Shown in pieces: positions 31,111-38,241 of a DNA stretch of 64,000 bases. Position numbers and translations under genes: made by a program. The stretch comes from Minisyncoccia bacterium. Lineage in GTDB: Bacteria > Patescibacteriota > Minisyncoccia > Phycocordibacterales > UBA918. The notes beneath the pieces were generated by a model. The model had not been told where the DNA came from. It was given only the letters and a program-made list of their open reading frames with translations, and made no database searches. The stretch lies in NCBI GenBank assembly GCA_046598345.1, contig JBKJIT010000003.1, positions 156,549 through 220,548 on the forward strand. Direction: 5' to 3'. The stretch's first letter is position 1, and each line of letters opens with the position of its first letter.

Positions 31111-31822
31111 GTGTCCATATGCAAACGTATATGTTATAAATTCTTCATGCAATGCGTTATATTGGCTGCAGGGAAGGGTACGCGACTTCGTCCATTTACC
31201 GATCATACTCCTAAGCCTCTCATACAAGTGGGTGATCGAGCGCTTCTCGATCACATTGTTGAAGCTCTTCCCACTGAGGTGGATGAAATCATCTTAGTTA
31301 TCGGATACTTAGGGGATCAGCTACGTTCATATTGTGGTACTGAATTTCATGGAAGAAAGATGACCTATGTAGAGCAGGTAGTGCAGGACGGCACAGCAAG
31401 GGCGTTGTGGCTTTGCAAAGAATATCTTAAGGGAAGGTTTTTTCATGTTTGCCGATGATATTCATGGAGAGGAGGATGTTAAGAGAGCCCTCAAGTACCC
31501 GCGCTCACTCCTTGTTATGAAAAGTGAGCATCCTGAACGGTTTGGTGTGGTGGTCCAGCATGCGGATGGAACACTCGCAGAGCTTATTGAAAAGCCTGAA
31601 AATCCACCAACGAATCTGGTTTCTACTGGCGGTATAGTGCTTGATGAACATATCTTTGATTTCGAGGCGAAAGCACCAGTAAAAGGAGAATATTACTTAA
31701 CAGAGGTAGTACAAGAATACGCGCATACATATCCGGTCATGGTAGTTGAAGAAAACCTCTGGATTCCTATTGGCTACCCAGAAGATATTCCCCGTGCGGA
31801 GAAAATATTGAGCTTGAAATAG
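31111..31822 (+). pseudogene. sugar-phosphate nucleotidyltransferase (RmlA/GlmU-N-like) split by a 1-nt frameshift in a T6 run (31440-31445)
   Basis: ORF 31111..31458 (ILAAGKGTRLRPFTDHTPKPL motif) and ORF 31445..31822 (FADDIHGEE..., matching the expected F.v.GDnI catalytic region) are adjacent in frames 0 and +1; removing one T from ggttttttcatg fuses them into ...KGRFFMFADDIHGE. Confidence 0.7.
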
Positions 31823-31876
31823 TGTATTGAATCACCATCTATCTAATGGTATTCTTTCGAGGCTTAACACAAATAT

Positions 31877-31950
31877 GTCGGCGTAGCTCAGTTGGTTAGA
31901 GCATCTCACTCATAAAGAGAAGGTCGGAAGTTCAACTCTTCCCGTCGACA
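31877..31950 (+). tRNA. elongator-type tRNA with CAU anticodon (Met, or Ile2 if lysidinylated)
   Basis: acceptor GTCGGCG/CGTCGAC (G1-C72 paired), D-arm GCTC-AGTTGGTTA-GAGC (C11-G24), loop CTCATAA, T-arm GGAAG-TTCAACT-CTTCC, discriminator A. Confidence 0.8.
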
Positions 31951-31954
31951 CTAG

Positions 31955-31992
31955 CACACAAAAAGCTGGATATCCGTCCAGCTTTTTGTGTG
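31955..31992 (+). terminator. terminator hairpin cacacaaaaagctgga-tatccg-tccagctttttgtgtg
   Basis: 16-bp stem immediately after the tRNA. Confidence 0.65.
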
Positions 31993-31997
31993 TCTCT

Positions 31998-32021
31998 GTA
32001 AGTCGACGGGAAGAGTTGAAG
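31998..32021. repeat. inverted copy of the tRNA-Met 3' end (gtcgacgggaagagttgaa is the reverse complement of ttcaactcttcccgtcgac); a direct partial copy caactcttcccgtc lies at about 32117-32130
   Basis: read directly from sequence. Confidence 0.55.
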
Positions 32022-32181
32022 AGAGCGAGTATATCGCACGGAGTGAAACGAGTACGATTCGAGCGACGGGGCAGCGAGTTCTTAATATTTTGAAGTATGA
32101 AAAATATTTAGAACTGGCGCCAACTCTTCCCGTCTCCGGCCTTCATCTAATCCGCATAAGAGCCTGTGTCATAATGGTCAT

Positions 32182-33393
32182 ATGAAAATAAGTCTTTCTA
32201 GAATCATTCGAGGTTTTTTCTTAGCGACTCTTCTCTCGTCTATTACGTTCGTTTCACCAGTGTTTGCTGCAACTTCAAATACCGCTGCATCCAAAAGCGT
32301 ATTTAAGGAGAGTATTAGTACGCTGGATATTCGAGAGAAATTTGAAAAAGCTTCGAGTACCAAGTCAAAAACAGAAAAGGTAAAAATACTTATCGTGCCG
32401 GGGCACGACGACAAATATGCCGGGGCTCTTTTTGGTGATATACGGGAGGCAGACTTGACGCTTAGGCTCGGAAAAGAATTGCATGCGCTTCTTAAGAAAG
32501 AGAAGGGTGTGGAAACCACTTTGCTTCGCACAGAAAAAGGGTACGATCCACATTTTTCAAACTACATAACAAAGAATCTAAAGTCGATTCTCAAATTTCG
32601 GGAGTCCAAACAGACGACAATGCAGAAGCTTATACTAGAGGGGAAAGTACAGGATTATTCCAATGTAAGCCACAATAATGCGTTACCGTCGGTTGCCACA
32701 ATCCTCTATGGCATTAACAAATACGCAAACGACAATGAGTATGACATTGTGCTCCACATACATTTTAATGATTACCCAGGCCACGGGGCCCTCCCGGGAA
32801 CCTATACTGGTTTTACAATATATGTACCTGAGAAACAGTTTGGAAATGCAAAGGCAAGCCAGGATCTCGCCAAAAAAGTACGCGATCAGCTTAGCCTCGT
32901 TTCAGCGGAAAGTAGCCATCCACAAGAAGACGGGATCACCCCAGATCAAGAGCTCATTGGTATTGGGGCATACAATACCCTTAGTGCCGCGGTCATTCTG
33001 ACCGAATACGGATATGTGTATGAACCGCAATTTATTGATCCCGCCATTGCTCCTACAGTGATTACAGAACTTGCTCGCCAGACGTACGTTGGGGTTATGA
33101 ATTATCTTAAAAACACCAAGATAGTGAAAACGACCTATCCTACGCTTGAAGGATACGTCTGGAAAAAGGAGCTCTCTACGAATTCAGGCTTGGATATTCT
33201 CGCACTCCAGGATCTCCTGTATGAATGGGAACTGTATCCAAACGAGGAATCACTAAATACATGTCAACTACACGGTCAGTATAATAGATGCATCACGAAT
33301 GGAATCCGTAAATTCCAAAAGGAAAATAAGCTAAAAGTAACTGGACTGTTTAATAAGGCGACACGTGCAGCAGTGAATCAATTGGCAAAATAA
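32182..33393 (+). CDS. N-acetylmuramoyl-L-alanine amidase (Amidase_3) with C-terminal peptidoglycan-binding domain, secreted
   Basis: signal peptide; ILIVPGHDDKYAG...; C-terminal LALQDLLYEWELY...NGIRKFQKENKLKVTGLFNKATRAAV resembles PG_binding_1. Confidence 0.75.
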   Translation: MKISLSRIIRGFFLATLLSSITFVSPVFAATSNTAASKSVFKESISTLDIREKFEKASSTKSKTEKVKILIVPGHDDKYAGALFGDIREADLTLRLGKELHALLKKEKGVETTLLRTEKGYDPHFSNYITKNLKSILKFRESKQTTMQKLILEGKVQDYSNVSHNNALPSVATILYGINKYANDNEYDIVLHIHFNDYPGHGALPGTYTGFTIYVPEKQFGNAKASQDLAKKVRDQLSLVSAESSHPQEDGITPDQELIGIGAYNTLSAAVILTEYGYVYEPQFIDPAIAPTVITELARQTYVGVMNYLKNTKIVKTTYPTLEGYVWKKELSTNSGLDILALQDLLYEWELYPNEESLNTCQLHGQYNRCITNGIRKFQKENKLKVTGLFNKATRAAVNQLAK

Positions 33394-33505
33394 GAGCCCC
33401 TTTGCAGGGATTTTATGTTTTGCGCAACGTACTGGCTGCTGTTAAAACTAAGATAAGGGTGTTTAATTATTCCTGATTTACCACTGCCACCTTCCTGAAC
33501 AGTAT

Positions 33506-34042
33506 TTAGTTTGGCTGTACCATTTCGACAATTTCCTGGGCAACTTCTAAGGGAGTCTTGGTATCAGTATCGATTATTCTGCAACCTTCCTTTGAAAAAA
33601 TGTCACGAAGCTTTGGTGCATAAGTTGCGCATTCTTCAGCAAATTGAATGAGCGGTTTACCTGCCGCTCGCTCAATCTCTTTTTCGCTTTCTTTGGTGGG
33701 GTAACGACCGAGCAGGCGTTTCCGAACTATGTCGCCACTGGCGTGTAAGAGAATTAATTCAACCACAGGATGCGTTTCGTCTTGCACTAAACGAACTCTC
33801 TTTGGTTCGTTAAAGCCACAAATTATGGTTGATTTACCCAAGCGTGCATTCTCCGTCCCCACACTAAGCCAATTAGCCGTCTCTTTTTTGTGCCAGGCAG
33901 AACCGCCACCAGCGGGCACACCTCGTTCGTCAAAGTCTCGAATATCGAACTTGTCTTGCGGCAAGAGCTTTTTGAGATGCTCGAGGGCCGAAGATTTACC
34001 GACACCAGAAACTCCACTGATAAAATAGATCTTTGGCTTCAT
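33506..34042 (-). CDS. P-loop NTPase / small kinase-like protein
   Basis: IYFISGVSGVGKSS Walker A at the N-terminus, about 178 aa; family not resolved. Confidence 0.55.
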   Translation of the reverse strand: MKPKIYFISGVSGVGKSSALEHLKKLLPQDKFDIRDFDERGVPAGGGSAWHKKETANWLSVGTENARLGKSTIICGFNEPKRVRLVQDETHPVVELILLHASGDIVRKRLLGRYPTKESEKEIERAAGKPLIQFAEECATYAPKLRDIFSKEGCRIIDTDTKTPLEVAQEIVEMVQPN

Positions 34043-34140
34043 GTCTAAATCATAACAAAAACAGACCCTTTAGAGAAAGTCTGTTTTTGAGCCGGGATAC
34101 AGTTATTCATATGGTCACGAGTCACTCAGTAAAATGCTTA

Positions 34141-34302
34141 CATTTGTACTAAGTGCTTTCGACCCCACCTCACGTGCCCCCGGCATCGTTCCGGTTCGCA
34201 TTTAGACACTGACACAAAGCAGTTTGTGTCATAGAACAAAACACCATCATTTCATGATGGTGTTTTGTTCTATCTAACTGCGCGGCGGACGGGACTCGAA
34301 AC
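34141..34302. repeat. family-B repeat segment plus a 19-bp-arm hairpin (34231-34273) plus an isolated, minus-oriented copy of the last 28 nt of tRNA-Asp (34274-34302)
   Basis: TTGTACTAAGTGCTTTCGACCCCACCTCAC and ATCGTTCCGGTTCG match the 1975-2055 repeat; taactgcgcggcggacgggactcgaaac is the reverse complement of GTTTCGAGTCCCGTCCGCCGCGCAGTTA; hairpin gacacaaagcagtttgtgtc (34211-34230) recurs inverted at 35500-35521. Confidence 0.6.
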
Positions 34303-34352
34303 GTATTGATAACTTGTTTAGGTAAATATACTGTCATGACATACTATGTACT

Positions 34353-35009
34353 ATGCCCATACAAAAGATTGTACAATCAGATTTTTTTAAAACATGGAGT
34401 CATGGCATGGCGTACATTTTGGGATTTTTTGCAGCAGACGGAAGTATAACGAAGACAAAAAGAAATACTCATTTTATTTCGTTTACTTCTGCCGATAGAG
34501 AGATTTTATCCGCCATACAAAGATTGATGAAGTCTAATCATAAATTATCCGAACGAAAATCTAAGACCGGTTGTGTCTATCGTTTCCAAATTGGTAGCAA
34601 AGTCATTTTTAATGACCTCATTGCACTTGGTTTTAGTAAACGCAAATCAACTCGTATGCTCATGCCTAATATCCCCAATCAATACATTCCAGATTTCATT
34701 CGGGGTTATTTTGATGGTGATGGAAATGTTTGGATTGGTTATATGAATAAACACAGAGAAAGGCAGACAAAAGTAATCCAAGTCGCATTTACAAGCGGAA
34801 GTAAAAAATTTCTTGAAACGCTTTTATCTCTCTTGCGAGAGAGAGGGATACGAGGTGGCTCACTTTACTCATCAAAGACAAAGAATTTTTCTCGACTTTC
34901 CTTAAGTACTTTAGATGCTTTGAAACTGAAGGGAATCATGTATAATGGGCAACCGAAGCTCTATTTGAAAAGAAAAAAGCTTCGCTTTGATACGTATAAA
35001 TCAATGTAA
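34353..35009 (+). CDS. LAGLIDADG homing endonuclease, double-motif type, free-standing immediately upstream of an intron-containing tRNA
   Basis: AYILGFFAADGSI and FIRGYFDGDGNV, two LAGLIDADG motifs about 100 aa apart; the stop codon lies 2 nt before the tRNA 5' end. Confidence 0.85.
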   Translation: MPIQKIVQSDFFKTWSHGMAYILGFFAADGSITKTKRNTHFISFTSADREILSAIQRLMKSNHKLSERKSKTGCVYRFQIGSKVIFNDLIALGFSKRKSTRMLMPNIPNQYIPDFIRGYFDGDGNVWIGYMNKHRERQTKVIQVAFTSGSKKFLETLLSLLRERGIRGGSLYSSKTKNFSRLSLSTLDALKLKGIMYNGQPKLYLKRKKLRFDTYKSM

Positions 35010-35011
35010 CT

Positions 35012-35307
35012 GCGGTGGTAGCTCAACTGGTTAGAGCACCCGCCTGTAGACGTGCAGCTTTCTTTCCGAAAGGGGGATTGAAACTTTCCGGGATAACGGT
35101 GAAGGCTAAGTTTGCCATTTGGCGAATATGCGAATACCGTGGGAACCTTATACACAAAAACACATAGTATAAGGGCGCCGTAGAGACTAGATACCGGGAT
35201 ATCTAAAAGTTTGAAAAAACTCATGATAAAGATATAGTCCACGCCACTATGAAAATAGTGGAAGCAGTGCACGCGGGAGGTTGCGGGTTCGAGTCCCGTC
35301 CGCCGCG
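35012..35307 (+). tRNA. tRNA-Asp(GUC) interrupted by a 222-nt group I intron between anticodon positions 35 and 36
   Basis: exons 35012..35047 and 35270..35307 join to GCGGTGGTAGCTCAACTGGTTAGAGCACCCGCCTGTCACGCGGGAGGTTGCGGGTTCGAGTCCCGTCCGCCGCG plus discriminator G. This matches E. coli tRNA-Asp closely (loop CTGTCAC, G73, C38, G10); 5' exon ends in U, intron ends in G. Confidence 0.8.
35048..35269 (+). mobile_element. group I intron (small, ORF-less) in tRNA-Asp
   Basis: internal guide GTGCAG at intron nt 5-10: CAG pairs the exon CUG(U.G) to form P1 with a U.G wobble at the splice site, and GTG pairs the 3' exon CAC (P10). An R-like element tagagactag lies at 35181-35190 and an exact S element aagatatagtcc at 35229-35240; a P9-like hairpin ccactat-gaaa-atagtgg precedes the terminal G at 35269. 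Confidence 0.75.
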
Positions 35308-35342
35308 CAGTTAGTAAAAGTCGGCCTTGTGCCGATTTTTTC

Positions 35343-35452
35343 GTGCGCGTCAGGGACTCGAAGAGGTTGCCAGCTATTTGTGACCGAAGGAAACAAATAG
35401 CGACAACCTGTACTGAACATGTAATGTTCGAGTCCCGTCCGCCGCGCAGTTA
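35343..35452 (+). repeat. family-A element L1: an inverted tRNA-Gln-like 3' piece, then GTTGCCAG plus hairpin plus core CGACAACCTGTACTGAACATGTAATGTTCGAGTCCC, ending in an exact copy of the tRNA-Asp 3' end (35426-35452)
   Basis: 35366-35436 aligns with 46480-46540 across a roughly 70-nt homologous span; the last 27 nt equal tRNA-Asp positions 53-73 plus CAGTTA. Confidence 0.6.
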
Positions 35453-35457
35453 AATAA

Positions 35458-35493
35458 ACCTAAAAACCACAGTCTAAGGACTGTGGTTTTTAG
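35458..35493 (+). terminator. terminator hairpin cctaaaaaccacagtc-ctta-gactgtggtttttagg
   Basis: perfect 16-bp stem; followed by hairpin gaacacaaactgctttgtgttc (35500-35521). Confidence 0.6.
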
Positions 35494-35654
35494 GTTTAGA
35501 ACACAAACTGCTTTGTGTTCGTATCTAACTGTGAGCTAGAGTCATGTTTTTGCTACACAAAATGCAAAATAGACGAGGCCGGGTCGAGAGTGCTTAAGAG
35601 CAAAGCGAATTAGCAACTCCTGACCAGTACCCAGCGAAAGGGATTTGAAAAGAC

Positions 35655-35730
35655 TGGAGCCGTCTCCGAGGATCGAACTCGGGACCTTTGCGTTACGAAT
35701 GCAATGCTCTACCAACTGAGCTAAGACGGC
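35655..35730 (-). tRNA. tRNA-Thr(CGU) with encoded CCA
   Basis: reverse complement GCCGTCTTAGCTCAGTTGGTAGAGCATTGCATTCGTAACGCAAAGGTCCCGAGTTCGATCCTCGGAGACGGCTCCA; loop TTCGTAA; A31xC39 mismatch; a family-B repeat piece lies downstream at about 35570-35625. Confidence 0.8.
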
Positions 35731-35757
35731 GGTGTCGCTATAGTATACTTAAGGTAT

Positions 35758-35958
35758 ATGAAAGACAAACAATATTACGCAATCACTTCCACAGTTTTTT
35801 TAGTAATCGCAGCGGCACATTTCACTCGAATTCTACTTAATCTCGGTGCTTCAATTGGTGGATACGAAATCCCACTCTACGCAAGCGGTGTTGCAGTAAT
35901 TCTTGCGGGGTATCTTGCAACTCGTGGTTTTATGACCCTTTGCAAAAATAAGGCCTAA
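35758..35958 (+). CDS. small hydrophobic protein (66 aa), doubtful
   Basis: two predicted TM helices; no other support. Confidence 0.3.
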   Translation: MKDKQYYAITSTVFLVIAAAHFTRILLNLGASIGGYEIPLYASGVAVILAGYLATRGFMTLCKNKA

Positions 35959-36003
35959 CATAGTAGAGTATATGTATAGTTTGGACATGCTATACTAATT
36001 TAT

Positions 36004-36615
36004 GTGATTAAAGAAAATCTCGAATTACAGTATCTCGTACAGCAGAAATCTGTAAGTCAAATTGCGGGAGAAGAGAAATGTTCACAAAACAAAATCACAT
36101 ATTGGCTCGAAAAACACAAAATTCCAAAACGGACAATTTCCGATGCTCTTTACATTAAATATAATCCACAGGGAGATCCGTTCCTATTTAAAAAACCAAA
36201 AAGTTCTGAAGAATGGTTTATATATGGTCTTGGACTAGGTCTGTTCTGGGGTGAGGGGAATAAGATGAATAAAAATTCTGTGCGACTTGGAAATACTGAC
36301 GGAGATTTGTTAAATTTATTTCTATACTTTTTACAGTCTGTTTATCAAATTAACGAACAGAAGTTACGCTTTGGATTACAGCTCTTTACTGATATTCCAA
36401 AAGAAAAGGCACTCGAATATTGGTCTCAGAAATTAAAAGTTTCAAAGAGTAAATTTCAAAAAATTGTTGTAACTAAGTCAGTACGCAAAGGTATCTACAA
36501 AAAGAAAAGCGAGTATGGGGTTCTGACCATCTATTTTTCGAACACCAAACTTCGTGATAGTATCATGGCTGCAATTACCGAATTGCGTGGGAAACTTTAC
36601 AATAAGCCATCTTAG
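36004..36615 (+). CDS. putative LAGLIDADG-type homing endonuclease (single motif with N-terminal HTH-like region), free-standing; stop codon lies inside tRNA-Thr positions 8-10
   Basis: WFIYGLGLGLFWGEGN fits the LAGLIDADG pattern (acidic residue at motif position 8); N-terminal LQYLVQQKSVSQIAGE...KITYWL is HTH-like; TAG at 36613-36615 overlaps gccatctTAGctc. Confidence 0.55.
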   Translation: MIKENLELQYLVQQKSVSQIAGEEKCSQNKITYWLEKHKIPKRTISDALYIKYNPQGDPFLFKKPKSSEEWFIYGLGLGLFWGEGNKMNKNSVRLGNTDGDLLNLFLYFLQSVYQINEQKLRFGLQLFTDIPKEKALEYWSQKLKVSKSKFQKIVVTKSVRKGIYKKKSEYGVLTIYFSNTKLRDSIMAAITELRGKLYNKPS

Positions 36616-36882
36616 CTCAGTCGGTAGAGCGCATCCATGGTAAGTCGCATGACTTCTTGCCCTTCAGACTGGAAACTGTCTGATGAAACCCGAATTACGG
36701 TTAAAAACTCAGGTGGAGTTAAGACCGTGGCCCAATTACCCCAATGGGCCCGAACGACTGACAAGGGGCGCTTCATTCAAGTTGAATATGCGTAAGATAC
36801 AGTCTAGTCCCCATATATCACTTTTTATAAATTGGGGTGTAAGCGAAGGATGAGGTCCACGGTTCAATCCCGTGAGATGGCT
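36606..36882 (+). tRNA. tRNA-Thr(GGU) interrupted by an intron of about 204 nt between positions 36 and 37
   Basis: exons 36606..36641 and 36846..36882 join to GCCATCTTAGCTCAGTCGGTAGAGCGCATCCATGGTAAGGATGAGGTCCACGGTTCAATCCCGTGAGATGGCT, close to E. coli tRNA-Thr(GGU); 5' exon ends in U, intron ends in G. Confidence 0.75.
36642..36845 (+). mobile_element. probable group I intron in tRNA-Thr(GGU)
   Basis: CTTGCC at intron nt 15-20 can pair the 3' exon AAG (P10) and the 5' exon GGU (P1, U.G at the splice site); an S-like taagatacagtctagtcc element lies near the 3' end; the core is less canonical than in the Asp intron. Confidence 0.55.
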
Positions 36883-36884
36883 CA

Positions 36885-36916
36885 GAAAAAAATCCCTGAA
36901 AGGGGATTTTTTGAGA
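36885..36916 (+). terminator. terminator aaaaaaatccctgaaaggggatttttt after tRNA-Thr
   Basis: hairpin plus T run. Confidence 0.65.
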
Positions 36917-36924
36917 CATCTAGG

Positions 36925-37060
36925 TAAGCAAACTACTTTGCCTGCATCCGGGATTGAAAACCAGAGTCATGTCGCTTGCGACAGACGAGGTCGGGTAGGA
37001 GGTTCTTGGCGAGCCTAGAAACCGGACACCAATCCCGTGAGGTGGCTCAAAAAAATTAAA
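36925..37060 (+). other. tRNA-like remnant ending in a degenerate copy of the tRNA-Thr 3' end (ccaatcccgtgaggtggctca), followed by the strong palindrome at 37058-37097
   Basis: the last 21 nt resemble TTCAATCCCGTGAGATGGCTCA of tRNA-Thr(GGU); no complete cloverleaf can be drawn. Confidence 0.3.
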
Positions 37061-37097
37061 TATCCTATAGTGTCCGGCCGGACACTATAGGATATTT
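37058..37097. terminator. perfect 20-bp-arm palindrome aaatatcctatagtgtccgg / ccggacactataggatattt
   Basis: read directly from sequence. Confidence 0.6.
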
Positions 37098-37288
37098 ATG
37101 TAGGAGAATGGCATTGTGTAGAAGCTGCGAAGTATCAGAAAAGTAGTAAAAGAAGTAAGTGTTGTGTGATAGTCTAATATATCCCGTGTTTTCACAGGAT
37201 GGTTTTTGCTCTTTAAGATGATAGGAAAGAGTGGGGCCTTGCAAGAAGCTTCATGTGCTTCATGAATGCAGCCCAGCCTCGCCACAAT

Positions 37289-37313
37289 AAACGCCCGCAC
37301 ACACGGGCGTTTA
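37289..37313 (+). terminator. hairpin aaacgcccg-cacaca-cgggcgttt followed by T-rich sequence, directly upstream of prfB
   Basis: its presence argues that prfB starts at 37341 and is not preceded by a frameshifted leader ORF. Confidence 0.55.
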
Positions 37314-37340
37314 TTTATTATTTTTTGTATACTCATCATC

Positions 37341-38216
37341 ATGGCTGATGATCCAAATATTCGTATTGCAGAAATTGAGGCAGTAATGCTTCAGTCGGAT
37401 TTTTGGAGTGACCCCCAGAAAGCACAAGGGATGTTCAAGGAACTGGAAGCACTCAAAGATAAGGTCGCAGGGAAAGAGAAATATGATCGGAGCCCTGCCA
37501 TCCTAACGATCGTGGCGGGCGCCGGGGGAGACGATGCTGAAGATTTTGCTCGCATGCTCGTAGAGATGTATCAGAAATATGCCGAAGGGCGCGGATGGGG
37601 GCTTACCATTATTGATTCAAATGCCAATGAGCAGAATGGCTATCGCAACATTGCATTTGAAATAAATGGGAAAGAGGCGTACGGAACGCTGAAGCGTGAA
37701 TCGGGTGTTCACCGACTCGTGCGTATGTCTCCATTTAATGCAAATGGTAAACGGCAGACATCGTTTGTACTCGTTGAAGTTTCGCCTCGTGTTGACGATC
37801 TGAAAGAAGTAGATCTTCCTGAGGAGGAAATAGAAACCTCGTACGCAAAGGCAGGAGGGGCTGGTGGACAAAACGTTAACAAGCGAGAAACTGCGGTCCG
37901 CGCAACACACGTGCCGACGAAGATTACAGTGCATGTATCCTCAGAACGTAGTCAACAGCAAAATAAAGAGAAGGCACTCGCGCTCCTCGCAGGGAAGGTG
38001 TACGCCTTTCGTGAGGAACAGCATAAACGTGAAATGAAAGGACTTTCGATTGAGAAAACGGTCAAGATTGAGTGGGGAAGTCAGATTCGTTCGTATGTAC
38101 TCCATCCGTATCAACTCGTGAAGGATCATCGTACGGACGTGGAAATACGCGATATACAGAAGGTTTTAGGAGGCGACATCCAGCTATTTCTAGACGCAGA
38201 GAGTGTGATGGAGTAG
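37341..38216 (+). CDS. prfB: peptide chain release factor 2 (short N-terminal domain)
   Basis: SPF tripeptide (RMSPFNANGKRQTSF) and GGQ (AGGAGGQNVNKRETAVR); start taken at MADDPNIRIAE, as the track's 25-aa extension crosses the upstream terminator; no CTT TGA frameshift site seen. Confidence 0.85.
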   Translation: MADDPNIRIAEIEAVMLQSDFWSDPQKAQGMFKELEALKDKVAGKEKYDRSPAILTIVAGAGGDDAEDFARMLVEMYQKYAEGRGWGLTIIDSNANEQNGYRNIAFEINGKEAYGTLKRESGVHRLVRMSPFNANGKRQTSFVLVEVSPRVDDLKEVDLPEEEIETSYAKAGGAGGQNVNKRETAVRATHVPTKITVHVSSERSQQQNKEKALALLAGKVYAFREEQHKREMKGLSIEKTVKIEWGSQIRSYVLHPYQLVKDHRTDVEIRDIQKVLGGDIQLFLDAESVME

Positions 38217-38241
38217 AATAAAACATCGAGTTAGGTATTCT

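Noticed and set aside
35012-35307. First-pass reading of this intron-containing tRNA as tRNA-Tyr (anticodon GUA read straight from the 5' exon)
   Set aside because: With a group I intron (5' exon ending in U, intron ending in G, P1/P10 pairing), the spliced loop is CTGTCAC, anticodon GUC. Discriminator G73, C38, the short variable arm and near-identity to E. coli tRNA-Asp all fit Asp and not bacterial Tyr. tRNA-Ala (TGC, from an alternative splice point) is rejected because position 3:70 is G-C, not G-U.
37266-37340. 25-codon N-terminal extension of prfB and the idea of a frameshifted RF2 leader
   Set aside because: The extension crosses an intrinsic terminator at 37289-37313; no CUU UGA shift site or upstream partial ORF in another frame was found.
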